Positions 6,731 to 15,486 of a DNA stretch of 27,690 nt are shown in pieces. How positions within the stretch are numbered: position 1 is the first letter of the stretch; the number at the start of each line of letters is the position of its first letter. The notes beneath the pieces are model-generated. The model did not search any database and was not told where the DNA came from. It saw only the letters and a list, made by a program, of their open reading frames with translations. The position numbers were made by a program, and so were the translations under genes. The stretch comes from Deltaproteobacteria bacterium (GTDB taxonomy: Bacteria > Desulfobacterota > DSM-4660 > Desulfatiglandales > Desulfatiglandaceae), in assembly GCA_011051075.1 (NCBI GenBank), contig DREN01000381.1:1-27690 (forward strand), given 5' to 3'.

Positions 6731-8443
6731 CTACCTGAGGGTCCTCAGGTAGGCGTTGGTGATGGGGAGCCTCCGATCCCTGCCAAAGGCCTTTGGGGTT
6801 ATCTTGACCCCGGGCGGGGCTTGGCGCCTCTTGTACTCGTTCAGGTCCACCATGCGGACAACCTCCTTGACCGTCTCCCGGTCAAACCCTGCTTCGACGA
6901 TCTCCTCCGGGGCCCTGTCTTCCTCCACGTAGGCGTGCAGGATGGCGTCAAGCATGCTGTAGGGGGGCAGGGTGTCTTCGTCTTTCTGATCTGGTCTCAA
7001 CTCGGCCGAAGGCGGTCTGCTGATTACAGTGGCGGGAATTACCTCCCTCTCCTTTGAGGAGTTCACATACTCTGAAAGCTCAAAAACCATTGTCTTTGGC
7101 ACGTCTTTGATCACGGCAAATCCTCCGGCCATGTCACCGTAAAGCGTGCAGTATCCCACGGCGATTTCGCTCTTGTTTCCCGTGGTGAGGACCAGCCATC
7201 CGGACTGGTTGGAGATGGCCATAAGGATATTTCCGCGGATGCGTGCCTGGATATTTTCGTGGGCCACCCCGTGACGCTCCTTGTCCATAATCTCTCCCGT
7301 GGCCTTCAGGTACGCCTCGTAGACCGGGGTGATGGGGACCCTGTACAGCTTGATTCTCAAGTTATCGGCCAATATCTCTGCGTCTGTCAGGGTCTCACCG
7401 GAGGTGTACTGGGACGGCATGGTGACACCGATCACGTTTTCCGGACCCAGGGCGTCCACGGCCACGGCAGCGGTGAGGGAGGAGTCTATACCCCCGCTCA
7501 ATCCGATGAGGACCTTTCTGAACCCGTTTTTCCTCACGTAGTCCCCCGTACCAAGCACAAGTGCCCTGTATATCTCGTCCGGTCTACCGTACTCCCGGGC
7601 CATGGTGGGACTCAACTCCCCATCCCGTTGACGGGAGCAGGGTTCAATGGGAACGAGCAGTTCACTGGACGGGTCATGGGGAAGGGGCCGGGTTCTTCCA
7701 TGGAGATCGAAACGGATATCGGTTATGAGCAGGTCTTCGTCGAACCTCTCTGCCTGTGCCACGACCCGTCCCCGGGGGTCCATGACAAAGGCGCCCCCGT
7801 CAAAAACGAGCTCGTCCTGCCCACCCACAAGGTTGTTAAGGCAGATAAAGGCCCGGCTCTTGAGGGCAAATCGGCTTGCTATGCGGTGTCTCACGTCCAG
7901 TTTTCCCGCGTGAAACGGAGACGCGGAGATATTCAATACCAGGTCCACCCTGCCCTCCCTTGAGACCCTCTCTTGGAATCCTCCCTCAATCCAGATGTCC
8001 TCGCATATGGTCAGATTTAAGCGTGTCCGGTTTACCTCAAGGACGGTGGCCCTGGCCCCTTCGGTGAAGTAGCGTTTTTCGTCAAAAACTCCGTAGTTGG
8101 GGAGTTCCACCTTATGGTAGGTTGCCTTCAACCGCCCGTTCTGGAGCACTGAGGCCGCGTTGTACACCCTGCCGTCCAAGAGGTGGGCATGCCCGATGAC
8201 GACCGCTGTTTTTCCAGTCTTCTCCCTGATCATGTGAAGGGCCTTCAGGTTGTCCTCCAGGAAGTCAGGCTTAAGCAGCAGGTCTTCAGGGGGGTACCCG
8301 CACACGGAAAGCTCGGGAAAGGTGATGATATCCGCCCCCTGATCGGTCGCCTTCTCGATCATCCGGGTAATCTTCGAAGAATTTTCATGAAAGGCCCCGA
8401 CAGTGGTATTTATCTGGGCCTGGGCTATTCTGATCATGGACAT
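6731..8443 (-). CDS. nadE: Glutamine-dependent NAD+ synthetase
   Basis: Nitrilase domain with E-K-C triad (FPELSVCGY, YHKVELPNYGVFDEKRYF, ICEDIW); synthetase motifs SGGIDS, NIQARIRG, GNKSE, GYCTLYGD, PSAEL. Confidence 0.96.
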   Translation of the reverse strand: MSMIRIAQAQINTTVGAFHENSSKITRMIEKATDQGADIITFPELSVCGYPPEDLLLKPDFLEDNLKALHMIREKTGKTAVVIGHAHLLDGRVYNAASVLQNGRLKATYHKVELPNYGVFDEKRYFTEGARATVLEVNRTRLNLTICEDIWIEGGFQERVSREGRVDLVLNISASPFHAGKLDVRHRIASRFALKSRAFICLNNLVGGQDELVFDGGAFVMDPRGRVVAQAERFDEDLLITDIRFDLHGRTRPLPHDPSSELLVPIEPCSRQRDGELSPTMAREYGRPDEIYRALVLGTGDYVRKNGFRKVLIGLSGGIDSSLTAAVAVDALGPENVIGVTMPSQYTSGETLTDAEILADNLRIKLYRVPITPVYEAYLKATGEIMDKERHGVAHENIQARIRGNILMAISNQSGWLVLTTGNKSEIAVGYCTLYGDMAGGFAVIKDVPKTMVFELSEYVNSSKEREVIPATVISRPPSAELRPDQKDEDTLPPYSMLDAILHAYVEEDRAPEEIVEAGFDRETVKEVVRMVDLNEYKRRQAPPGVKITPKAFGRDRRLPITNAYLRTLR

Positions 8444-8537
8444 TGTGGTATCCTCTCTCTGCGGCGTGTCTTCCGGTCCGGGGGCAGACGACTCTCCTTT
8501 CTGCCGGTTCAGGGTCCTGCATCGAACAGTTTATCAG

Positions 8538-8566
8538 ATGATAGCACGATTCCTTTCTCGATCCAA
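8538..8566 (-). promoter_or_regulatory. Predicted sigma70-type promoter for nadE
   Basis: Minus strand TTGGAT (8566-8561), N17, then TATCAT (8543-8538) preceded by TGC, an extended -10. Confidence 0.55.
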
Positions 8567-8600
8567 GGCCCCATGGGAGGGAGCCGTGGCAAAAAGATCC

Positions 8601-8629
8601 TTGCCCATCATCCTACATTTTTGTATAAT
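8601..8629 (+). promoter_or_regulatory. Predicted sigma70-type promoter for the NifA-like gene
   Basis: TTGCCC (8601-8606), N17, TATAAT (8624-8629). Confidence 0.65.
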
Positions 8630-8692
8630 TAAAGATTCGGCGATTGAGGGACGTGAAACTACAGATTTTTTGGGGGATCACTGGACTCGAAC

Positions 8693-10219
8693 ATGAAACA
8701 GCGACCTGACGAAATCGTTTGCCTGTATGAGATCACCAGGGCCATTCACGCCACCCTAGACCTGCGCAAGGTCCTGTACAAGGTCCTTGATCTCATGAAT
8801 GAACATCTTGGGATGAACCGCGGCTCCATCGCCCTCCTTAATCCGGATACCTCGCAGATACATATTGAGGTGGCCCACGGTATCTCCCTTTCGGAAAGGA
8901 CCAGGGGCAGGTACAAGCTCGGGGAGGGGATCACGGGGCGTGTCATAAAGACGGGAAGGCCCATGGCCGTTCCCAAGATAGAGAATGAGCCCCTGTTCCT
9001 TGACAGGACAGGTGCCAGAAGCAGGATCGATAAGTCCACCATATCGTTCATATGCGTACCCATCAAGGATGGGGGGGATGTTGTGGGGGCCTTGAGCGTG
9101 GACCGGGTTTTTCAGGGATCATCCCCGTTGAACGAAGACGTAAGGCTCCTCACCGTCATCAGCACCCTGATTGCCCAGAAAGTGGCCATGCTGGAAAAGA
9201 TCAACAGGGAAAAGGACCGGCTTGAGGAGGAAAATCTCCGTCTGAAAAAGGAGCTTAACAGGAAGTACAGTTTCGCCAATATCGTGGGCAACAGCCGCAA
9301 GATGCAGGAGGTGTTCTACCTTATCACACAGGTGGCCAGGAGCAATGCCAACGTCCTTCTCTTAGGGGAGAGCGGCACAGGCAAGGAGCTGGTGGCAAAC
9401 GCGATCCATTATAACAGCCTCCGGGCCGCAAAGCCCCTGGTGAAGGTAAACTGCGCAGCCCTTCCTGAAAACCTCATTGAGGCGGAGCTGTTCGGATATG
9501 AAAGGGGGGCCTTTACCGGGGCCAACCGTGAAAAGGCCGGCAAGTTCGAAATGGCCCATGGCGGGACTATCTTCTTGGATGAAATCGGGGCGCTTGCCCT
9601 TGAGAGCCAGGGAAAGCTCCTGAGGGTCCTTCAGGAAAGGGAACTTGAGAGGTTGGGGGGCAGCCGGGTCATAAAGGTCAATATCCGTCTAATAGCCGCC
9701 ACCAACAAGGATCTTGCCCGGTCAGTGGAAGAGGGGGGGTTCCGTGAGGACCTTTTTTATCGACTCAACGTGTACCCCATATACCTCCCTCCCCTGAGGG
9801 AGAGGGAGGCCGATATCCTGCTCCTTGCCGACTATTTCCTGGAAAAGTACAGGGAGGAGTACAACAAGGACATCAGGAGGATCTCCACGCCCTCCATTGA
9901 GGCCCTCACCCAGTACCACTGGCCCGGAAACGTTCGGGAGCTTGAGAACTGCATGGAGAGGGCCGTGCTTCTCTGTGACAACCAGGTGATCCACAGTTAT
10001 CACCTGCCGCCGACCCTGCAGACGGCCCAGGAAACCGGGACCCAGCAGACCCAGAGCTTTGACCAGGCAGTGGAAAGGTTCGAGCGGGAGCTTCTTGTTG
10101 ACGCCCTTAAGAGCAGCCGTGGCAACATGAGAAGGGCGGCAAAGGCCCTGAGAACAACGGAACGGATCTTCGGGTATAAGGTAAAAAAGTACCGGATAGA
10201 ACCGAAGAGGTACAGGTAG
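8693..10219 (+). CDS. NifA/AnfA-like sigma54-dependent activator (GAF-AAA+-Fis HTH)
   Basis: GAF (GRYKLGEGITGRV, FICVPI), Walker A GESGTGKE, GAFTGA loop, FLDEIG, WPGNVRELEN, C-terminal HTH (GNMRRAAKALRTTER). Confidence 0.92.
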   Translation: MKQRPDEIVCLYEITRAIHATLDLRKVLYKVLDLMNEHLGMNRGSIALLNPDTSQIHIEVAHGISLSERTRGRYKLGEGITGRVIKTGRPMAVPKIENEPLFLDRTGARSRIDKSTISFICVPIKDGGDVVGALSVDRVFQGSSPLNEDVRLLTVISTLIAQKVAMLEKINREKDRLEEENLRLKKELNRKYSFANIVGNSRKMQEVFYLITQVARSNANVLLLGESGTGKELVANAIHYNSLRAAKPLVKVNCAALPENLIEAELFGYERGAFTGANREKAGKFEMAHGGTIFLDEIGALALESQGKLLRVLQERELERLGGSRVIKVNIRLIAATNKDLARSVEEGGFREDLFYRLNVYPIYLPPLREREADILLLADYFLEKYREEYNKDIRRISTPSIEALTQYHWPGNVRELENCMERAVLLCDNQVIHSYHLPPTLQTAQETGTQQTQSFDQAVERFERELLVDALKSSRGNMRRAAKALRTTERIFGYKVKKYRIEPKRYR

Positions 10220-10235
10220 CTACCAAAATATATTG

Positions 10236-10264
10236 TTGATATGGATACCCTTTTCCTGTAGATT
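10236..10264 (+). promoter_or_regulatory. Predicted sigma70-type promoter for the phoH operon
   Basis: TTGATA (10236-10241), N17, TAGATT (10259-10264). Confidence 0.5.
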
Positions 10265-10398
10265 TACCCCCACGCCGGTAGGAACTCTCGGCTCGAGGGC
10301 CTGAGATCCTGTAAATTTTCCGATCCCTTATCAGGTGGCGGGGGCCATCACTCCTCCCACTGCCTGGGGCATTGGACCGGGATTGATCAGGCCTGGAA

Positions 10399-11412
10399 AT
10401 GAACTTTATGGCAATTTGGGCACCTGCTTTGGATAAACCCGCTACAAAGGACCCAAGGGCGTTTACCAAGAAGATCACCTTTCCTGACAACGACCTGATG
10501 CGGAGTCTCTGTGGAGAGCAGAACGTGCACCTTGGACTCCTGGAAAAAAAGATCGGTGTTTCTTTGAATCTCAGAGGAAACGTGGTACTTTTGGGAGGTG
10601 GAGACTGGGAGGTGGAGTTGGCGGAAAAGGTCCTGAATCAGCTTTACGGACTCCTTGAGGCCGGTTATCCCCTTTACGCAAACGATGTGGAGTATGCGGT
10701 GAGGATCCTGAGCGGGGACCGGTCCGCCGACTTGAAGGAGATCTTCAGGGAGGAGGTCTATGTCTCTTCCAGGAAGAAGGTAATAACCCCCAAGACCATC
10801 AATCAGAAAAAGTACATCGACAGCATAAAGAAGTTTGATATTGTATTCGGGATCGGCCCGGCAGGCACGGGAAAGACCTATCTGGCCATGGCAATGGCCG
10901 TGGCATGCCTGCACAGGAAAGAGGTAAACCGGGTTATCCTGGCAAGGCCCGCGGTAGAGGCAGGCGAACACCTGGGGTTCCTGCCCGGGGACCTTTACGA
11001 AAAGGTCAATCCCTACCTCCGACCCCTGTACGACGCGCTCCATGATATGATGCCCTTTGAAGACGCCTCACGCCTCCTTGAACAGGGGGTGATAGAGGTG
11101 GCGCCGCTGGCCTTTATGCGGGGAAGGACCCTGAACGACTCATTCGTAATACTGGACGAGGCCCAGAACGCCACCCCCGAACAGATGAAGATGTTTCTCA
11201 CACGCCTGGGTTTCAGCTCCAGGGCCGTTATTACCGGGGACGTGACCCAGACGGACCTCCCAAAGGGAAAGACCTCTGGGCTAATAGAGGCCAGCCAGAT
11301 CCTCGGGAGTATCAAGGGTATCAGCTTTATCTATTTTTCCAGAGAAGATGTTATACGGCATCGGCTGGTCCAGGAGATCATCGATGCCTATGAAACGGCT
11401 GAGAGGCCCTGA
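10399..11412 (+). CDS. phoH: PhoH-family ATPase (YbeZ type); exact start uncertain
   Basis: GPAGTGKT, RPAVEAGE.LGFLPGD, VAPLAFMRGRTL, DEAQN, GDVTQTDL. Confidence 0.95.
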   Translation: MNFMAIWAPALDKPATKDPRAFTKKITFPDNDLMRSLCGEQNVHLGLLEKKIGVSLNLRGNVVLLGGGDWEVELAEKVLNQLYGLLEAGYPLYANDVEYAVRILSGDRSADLKEIFREEVYVSSRKKVITPKTINQKKYIDSIKKFDIVFGIGPAGTGKTYLAMAMAVACLHRKEVNRVILARPAVEAGEHLGFLPGDLYEKVNPYLRPLYDALHDMMPFEDASRLLEQGVIEVAPLAFMRGRTLNDSFVILDEAQNATPEQMKMFLTRLGFSSRAVITGDVTQTDLPKGKTSGLIEASQILGSIKGISFIYFSREDVIRHRLVQEIIDAYETAERP

Positions 11413-11436
11413 GAGGTCCTGGACCGCCTCATCCTG

Positions 11437-13986
11437 GTGTGGCCAAGGGCAGATTGGACTGGTTTGGACAGGTCAAAATTAAAATCCCTCAACAGAAGAG
11501 GACCTTCGGGAAAAAGGGATAGAAAACCGTCCCCTTCCGGAAACAAGAGGACAGGCGCCTCCCCCTTATGGCTGAGGCCTGAGGCAAAGAGGTGGTATAT
11601 CCTGCTCAGCCTGAGCATGATAATCTCCGTTCTCCTGTTCCCCAGCATCCTGACTCCCCCAAAGGCCTACAAATTAGGAGACGTGGCCGACCGCGATGTG
11701 AAGGCCTTGAGGGCATTTCTTGTTGAGAACAGTGTCCTGACCGAAAAGGACAGGCAGGAGGCTGTGAAGGCGGTCCTGTCTGTGTACGATTTTGATCCAA
11801 CCGCAACCGGGGTCGTCTCCAGAATAAAAGAGGCCTTTGAGGCGGGACGGGAATACCTTTCCAAATCCCTTGAGCTTGCCTACTCCCAGGAAAGTGGGCC
11901 TGCCATGTCCGAGAAGACCCTCAGCGACCATTCTGATGCTGGAAACGCCTTCAAGAGCCGTTTTTTCGAGATACTTGACATCCCCTACAACGAAAAGCTC
12001 GTTGATGTTTTGATCGCCAACAACTTTTCCCCTGAGGCGGAAAAGGCGGTAATCAGCCTGGTGACCGATCTCTTCTCTAGCGGCGTTGTGGGCAACAAGA
12101 TTATGCTTATGACCCAGAGCGGCAAGGGGATTATCCTCCATCATATCAACGATGGAAAAGAGGAGAAGATCGTTGATCTCGATCGTTTCTACGACCTCAA
12201 GACCGCAGAGGAGTTCATAAAGGGGCGTGGCAAGGTCCTGACCAGGGCCATAAAGCCCAAGGAGTATAGAAAGGCCGTACTTGAACTGGCCGCGGCCCTC
12301 ATCAGACCGAACCTTACCTTTAATAAGAGGGAAACGGCCTTGAGAAAGGAAGAGGCCCGTAAATCGGTGAAACCCTTTTATTTCAAGGTTAAGAAGGGCG
12401 AGATGCTTATCAGGGAGGGAGAAAGGATCGCGCCGGACCACCTTCTGAAACTAAGCGAGCAGTACAAGTTCCTTAAACAGAAAGAGATGCTAGGCAGGGT
12501 TCCGGCAATGGCCGTGCTTATCGCCTTTCTCATCTCTTCCATGTACTTCGTGGGTCTGTTCAGCAGTAAACCATCCGGACCTGAGGTGAAAGACCTCCTG
12601 TTTCTTGCGGTGACCCTTTTCCTGATCTTTCTGCTGGTAATAGCCTTTAACGTGGTGGCCTTTGAAACAGCCAGGGGCTTCCACTTTTTTTCGTCCAAGG
12701 CCCTGCTCTTCGGGGTGCCGGTGGCCAGCGGAGCCATGCTCATATCGATCTTTCATGGGATAGGCGTTGCCGCAAGCTTTTCGCTCATCATCTCCGTGCT
12801 GGCATCCATGGTGGTGGACGGTGGTGTGGAGTTTTTTGTCTATTACTTTGTAGGCTCTCTTGTGGCGGCGTACGGCGTCAGGCGGTACAGGGAAGGAAGC
12901 GCACTCATCAAGGCCGGTCTGAAGGTGAGTGTATGCAACATGCTGCTCGCCCTATCCATAGTGACCCTGTACGGTTCATTTTTCACCCTGGAGGCCCTGG
13001 TGGCATTTGGATCGGCCCTGATCGGCGGGATCCTGGCTGGAGTCTTATCCACCGGGATTCTCCCGCTCATCGAGATCTCTTTCAGATATACCACCGATAT
13101 CAAGCTCCTTGAACTGGCCAATCTGGATAAGCCCCTTTTAAGGGAACTGATGGTGCAGGCCCCCGGATCCTATCATCACAGCGTTATCGTGAGCAACATG
13201 GTTGAGGCCTCGGCCCGGGCCGTCAATGCCAATCCCCTTCTGGCCAAGGTGGCCGCCTACTACCATGACATAGGGAAGATAAAGAAACCCCTCTACTTCG
13301 TAGAAAATCAGAGGGACAGGGAAAACAAGCATGAGAAGCTGGCCCCTTCCATGAGCAGCCTGATACTTATTTCCCACGTGAAAGACGGTGTTGAGCTGGC
13401 AAAGGAGCATAAACTGGGAAAGGAGATCACCGATATCATCAGGCAGCATCATGGGACATCTCTAATAACCTTTTTTTACGAGAAATCCAAGAAACAGGGG
13501 GAGAAGAAGAAGGGCGGAAAGTACCACCAGGTGAAAGAGGAAGATTTCCGTTATCCCGGGCCTAAACCCCAGACAAAGGAGGCTGGTCTTGTGATGCTGG
13601 CGGACGTGGTGGAGGCCGCGTCCAAGACCCTCATGGACCCCACTCCGGCCCGGATTCAGGGGATGGTCCAGAAGAGAATAAACAAGATCTTTTCAGACGG
13701 ACAGCTTGATGAATGCGAGCTGACCCTGAAGGACCTTCATGAGATTGCAAAGAGCTTTAACAAGACCCTGAGTGGGATTTTTCACCACCGTGTTGAATAT
13801 CCCGAGCCGGTGGCCAAGGCGACCCCTTCGGTCAGGCGGGATATGGGTGAAGGGAGCAGGGGCGCGACCGGCAAAAAGGGAAAAAATGGAGATACAGATA
13901 AGCTCTCACCTGGAGATGCCAGGCCTGGAAACAGGGAAGGTCAGGAGGAAACTGGAGAGAGTCTTAGGAGACTTGGGCTGTCATGA
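11437..13986 (+). CDS. 7TM-HD family membrane phosphohydrolase (YqfF/PgpH-like); start uncertain
   Basis: N-terminal TM, large extracytoplasmic domain, TM bundle, then APGSYHHS, AYYHDIGK, ISHVKDG, QHHGT, FRYPGPKPQTKE, MLADVVEA. Sits in the canonical phoH-HD-ybeY order. Confidence 0.92.
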   Translation: MWPRADWTGLDRSKLKSLNRRGPSGKRDRKPSPSGNKRTGASPLWLRPEAKRWYILLSLSMIISVLLFPSILTPPKAYKLGDVADRDVKALRAFLVENSVLTEKDRQEAVKAVLSVYDFDPTATGVVSRIKEAFEAGREYLSKSLELAYSQESGPAMSEKTLSDHSDAGNAFKSRFFEILDIPYNEKLVDVLIANNFSPEAEKAVISLVTDLFSSGVVGNKIMLMTQSGKGIILHHINDGKEEKIVDLDRFYDLKTAEEFIKGRGKVLTRAIKPKEYRKAVLELAAALIRPNLTFNKRETALRKEEARKSVKPFYFKVKKGEMLIREGERIAPDHLLKLSEQYKFLKQKEMLGRVPAMAVLIAFLISSMYFVGLFSSKPSGPEVKDLLFLAVTLFLIFLLVIAFNVVAFETARGFHFFSSKALLFGVPVASGAMLISIFHGIGVAASFSLIISVLASMVVDGGVEFFVYYFVGSLVAAYGVRRYREGSALIKAGLKVSVCNMLLALSIVTLYGSFFTLEALVAFGSALIGGILAGVLSTGILPLIEISFRYTTDIKLLELANLDKPLLRELMVQAPGSYHHSVIVSNMVEASARAVNANPLLAKVAAYYHDIGKIKKPLYFVENQRDRENKHEKLAPSMSSLILISHVKDGVELAKEHKLGKEITDIIRQHHGTSLITFFYEKSKKQGEKKKGGKYHQVKEEDFRYPGPKPQTKEAGLVMLADVVEAASKTLMDPTPARIQGMVQKRINKIFSDGQLDECELTLKDLHEIAKSFNKTLSGIFHHRVEYPEPVAKATPSVRRDMGEGSRGATGKKGKNGDTDKLSPGDARPGNREGQEETGESLRRLGLS

Positions 13987-14359
13987 CAGGGAACTGAGCG
14001 TCCTGTTTACCCACGACACGCTCATTGCTGAGCTCAATTACCACTACTTGGGGAGGAGGGGCCCGACAAATGTCCTGGCATTCCCCATGTGTGATCCGGG
14101 GGACAGGGATGCCGCTTCCTTTGAGCAGGTGATGTTGGGTGATGTTGTTATCTCCGTTGAAACTGCCCAGAGGGAGGCCCGTGAAACAGGGGAAACCCTG
14201 GAGCAGACCATAGACCGGCTGCTCATCCACGGGATACTTCACCTTTTGGGATATGACCACGAAGGCCCAGAGCAAGGGGCCGTGCGCATGCAAGGGGAGG
14301 AAGCGAGGTTGTTGGAATTGATCCGGGAGGAAGATACCTATGGCACGTTTAGCGGTTAA
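13886..14359 (+). CDS. ybeY: rRNA maturation endoribonuclease YbeY
   Basis: TNVLAFP, LGDVVIS, HGILHLLGYDH zinc motif. I prefer ATG 13886 over the extended ORF start at 13772. Confidence 0.93.
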   Translation: MEIQISSHLEMPGLETGKVRRKLERVLGDLGCHDRELSVLFTHDTLIAELNYHYLGRRGPTNVLAFPMCDPGDRDAASFEQVMLGDVVISVETAQREARETGETLEQTIDRLLIHGILHLLGYDHEGPEQGAVRMQGEEARLLELIREEDTYGTFSG

Positions 14360-15059
14360 TGTGGACCATGTGGCCACGGTTCGGGAGGCGAGGGGGATCA
14401 ATGAACCCGATCCCGTCTTTGCCGCCGGGCTGGCCGAACTGGCAGGTGCGGAGGGAATAATCTGTCACCTGAGGGAGGATAGACGGCATATAAACGACAG
14501 GGACCTGAGGCTCCTGAGGGAGACCGTGAAGACAAGACTGAACATGGAGATGGCCGCCGTGGATGAGATGGTTGAGATCGCCATTGCCACAAGGCCTGAC
14601 ATGGTTACCCTTGTACCCGAGAAGAGAGAAGAGCTCACCACCGAAGGGGGTCTTGATGTGAGGGCCAGGCCCGGGCATTACACCAGGGCCACGGAAGGTC
14701 TGAAGGGGACGGGGATTGAGGTCAGCTTTTTTGTTGATCCGGATCCGGAACAGGTCAGGGCGGCCCGGGATTGCGGCGCGGATATTGTGGAGATCCACAC
14801 GGGGCATTACGCAGAGGCAAGATCAGAGGAGGAGGCCGCTAGGCTCTTTGGCCGTATTGTCATGGCAGTGGAGTCCGCGGCAGGGCTGGATCTGGGTATA
14901 AGCGCCGGGCACGGCCTCAACTATCTAAATGTGAAAAGGTTCAAGGACCTGCCCCAGGTCAGGGAGTACAGCATCGGTCACAGTATCGTGGCAATGGCGG
15001 TGTACATCGGCTTTGAAAGGGCCGTCTCCCGGATGGTCGATCTGGTCAAAGGCTTCTGA
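14340..15059 (+). CDS. pdxJ: Pyridoxine 5'-phosphate synthase
   Basis: VNVDHVATVREAR, HLREDRRHI, VTLVPE.REELTTEGG, EIHTG, AGHGLNY, SIGHSI. Confidence 0.97.
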   Translation: MARLAVNVDHVATVREARGINEPDPVFAAGLAELAGAEGIICHLREDRRHINDRDLRLLRETVKTRLNMEMAAVDEMVEIAIATRPDMVTLVPEKREELTTEGGLDVRARPGHYTRATEGLKGTGIEVSFFVDPDPEQVRAARDCGADIVEIHTGHYAEARSEEEAARLFGRIVMAVESAAGLDLGISAGHGLNYLNVKRFKDLPQVREYSIGHSIVAMAVYIGFERAVSRMVDLVKGF

Positions 15060-15060
15060 T

Positions 15061-15486
15061 ATGATCTATGGGACCGGTGTTGACCTTGTGAGCATCGTGA
15101 GGATGGAGGGTGTAATCCGCAGGTGGGGGGACAGATTCCTCGGGAGGATATTCAGGCCCGAAGAGATCCGGGTCTGTGGGGCCCGGCCTCTGCCCCACCA
15201 GGCCTTTGCCCTCAGGTTCGGCGCCAAGGAGGCCTTTTCCAAGGCCCTGGGACTGGGCATGAGGAAGGGACTCAGATGGCGGGATATTGAAGTCTTTAAC
15301 AATCCCGCGGGCAAGCCGGGCCTGAGGCTTCACGGGAGGGCTGCTGAGATCTGCAGAGACAGAGGCATAGACGGAGTCCATCTGAGCCTCTCAGACGATG
15401 GTGAGTACGGTGTGGCCATGGTGGTGTTAGAGGTTATGGAGAGGGGTGAGGACTCCATCCCTGAGCGGGGAGGAAAAAGATGCTGA
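15061..15486 (+). CDS. acpS: Holo-[acyl-carrier-protein] synthase
   Basis: MIYGTGVDLV, RFGAKEAFSKALGLG, HLSLSDD. ATG lies 1 bp after the pdxJ stop. Confidence 0.93.
   Translation: MIYGTGVDLVSIVRMEGVIRRWGDRFLGRIFRPEEIRVCGARPLPHQAFALRFGAKEAFSKALGLGMRKGLRWRDIEVFNNPAGKPGLRLHGRAAEICRDRGIDGVHLSLSDDGEYGVAMVVLEVMERGEDSIPERGGKRC

Noticed and set aside
10265-10398. c-di-AMP (ydaO) riboswitch, 6S RNA or tRNA in this gap
   Set aside because: I could not find the conserved sequence blocks or a cloverleaf by eye.
11413-11430. Hairpin right after the phoH TGA as a SECIS element
   Set aside because: The loop is too close to the UGA, the stem is weak, and no Cys-homologous position is implied.
13772-13885. 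Extended N-terminus of YbeY suggested by the ORF track
   Set aside because: It runs deep into the conserved HD-gene sequence, and the family-like sequence begins at ATG 13886.
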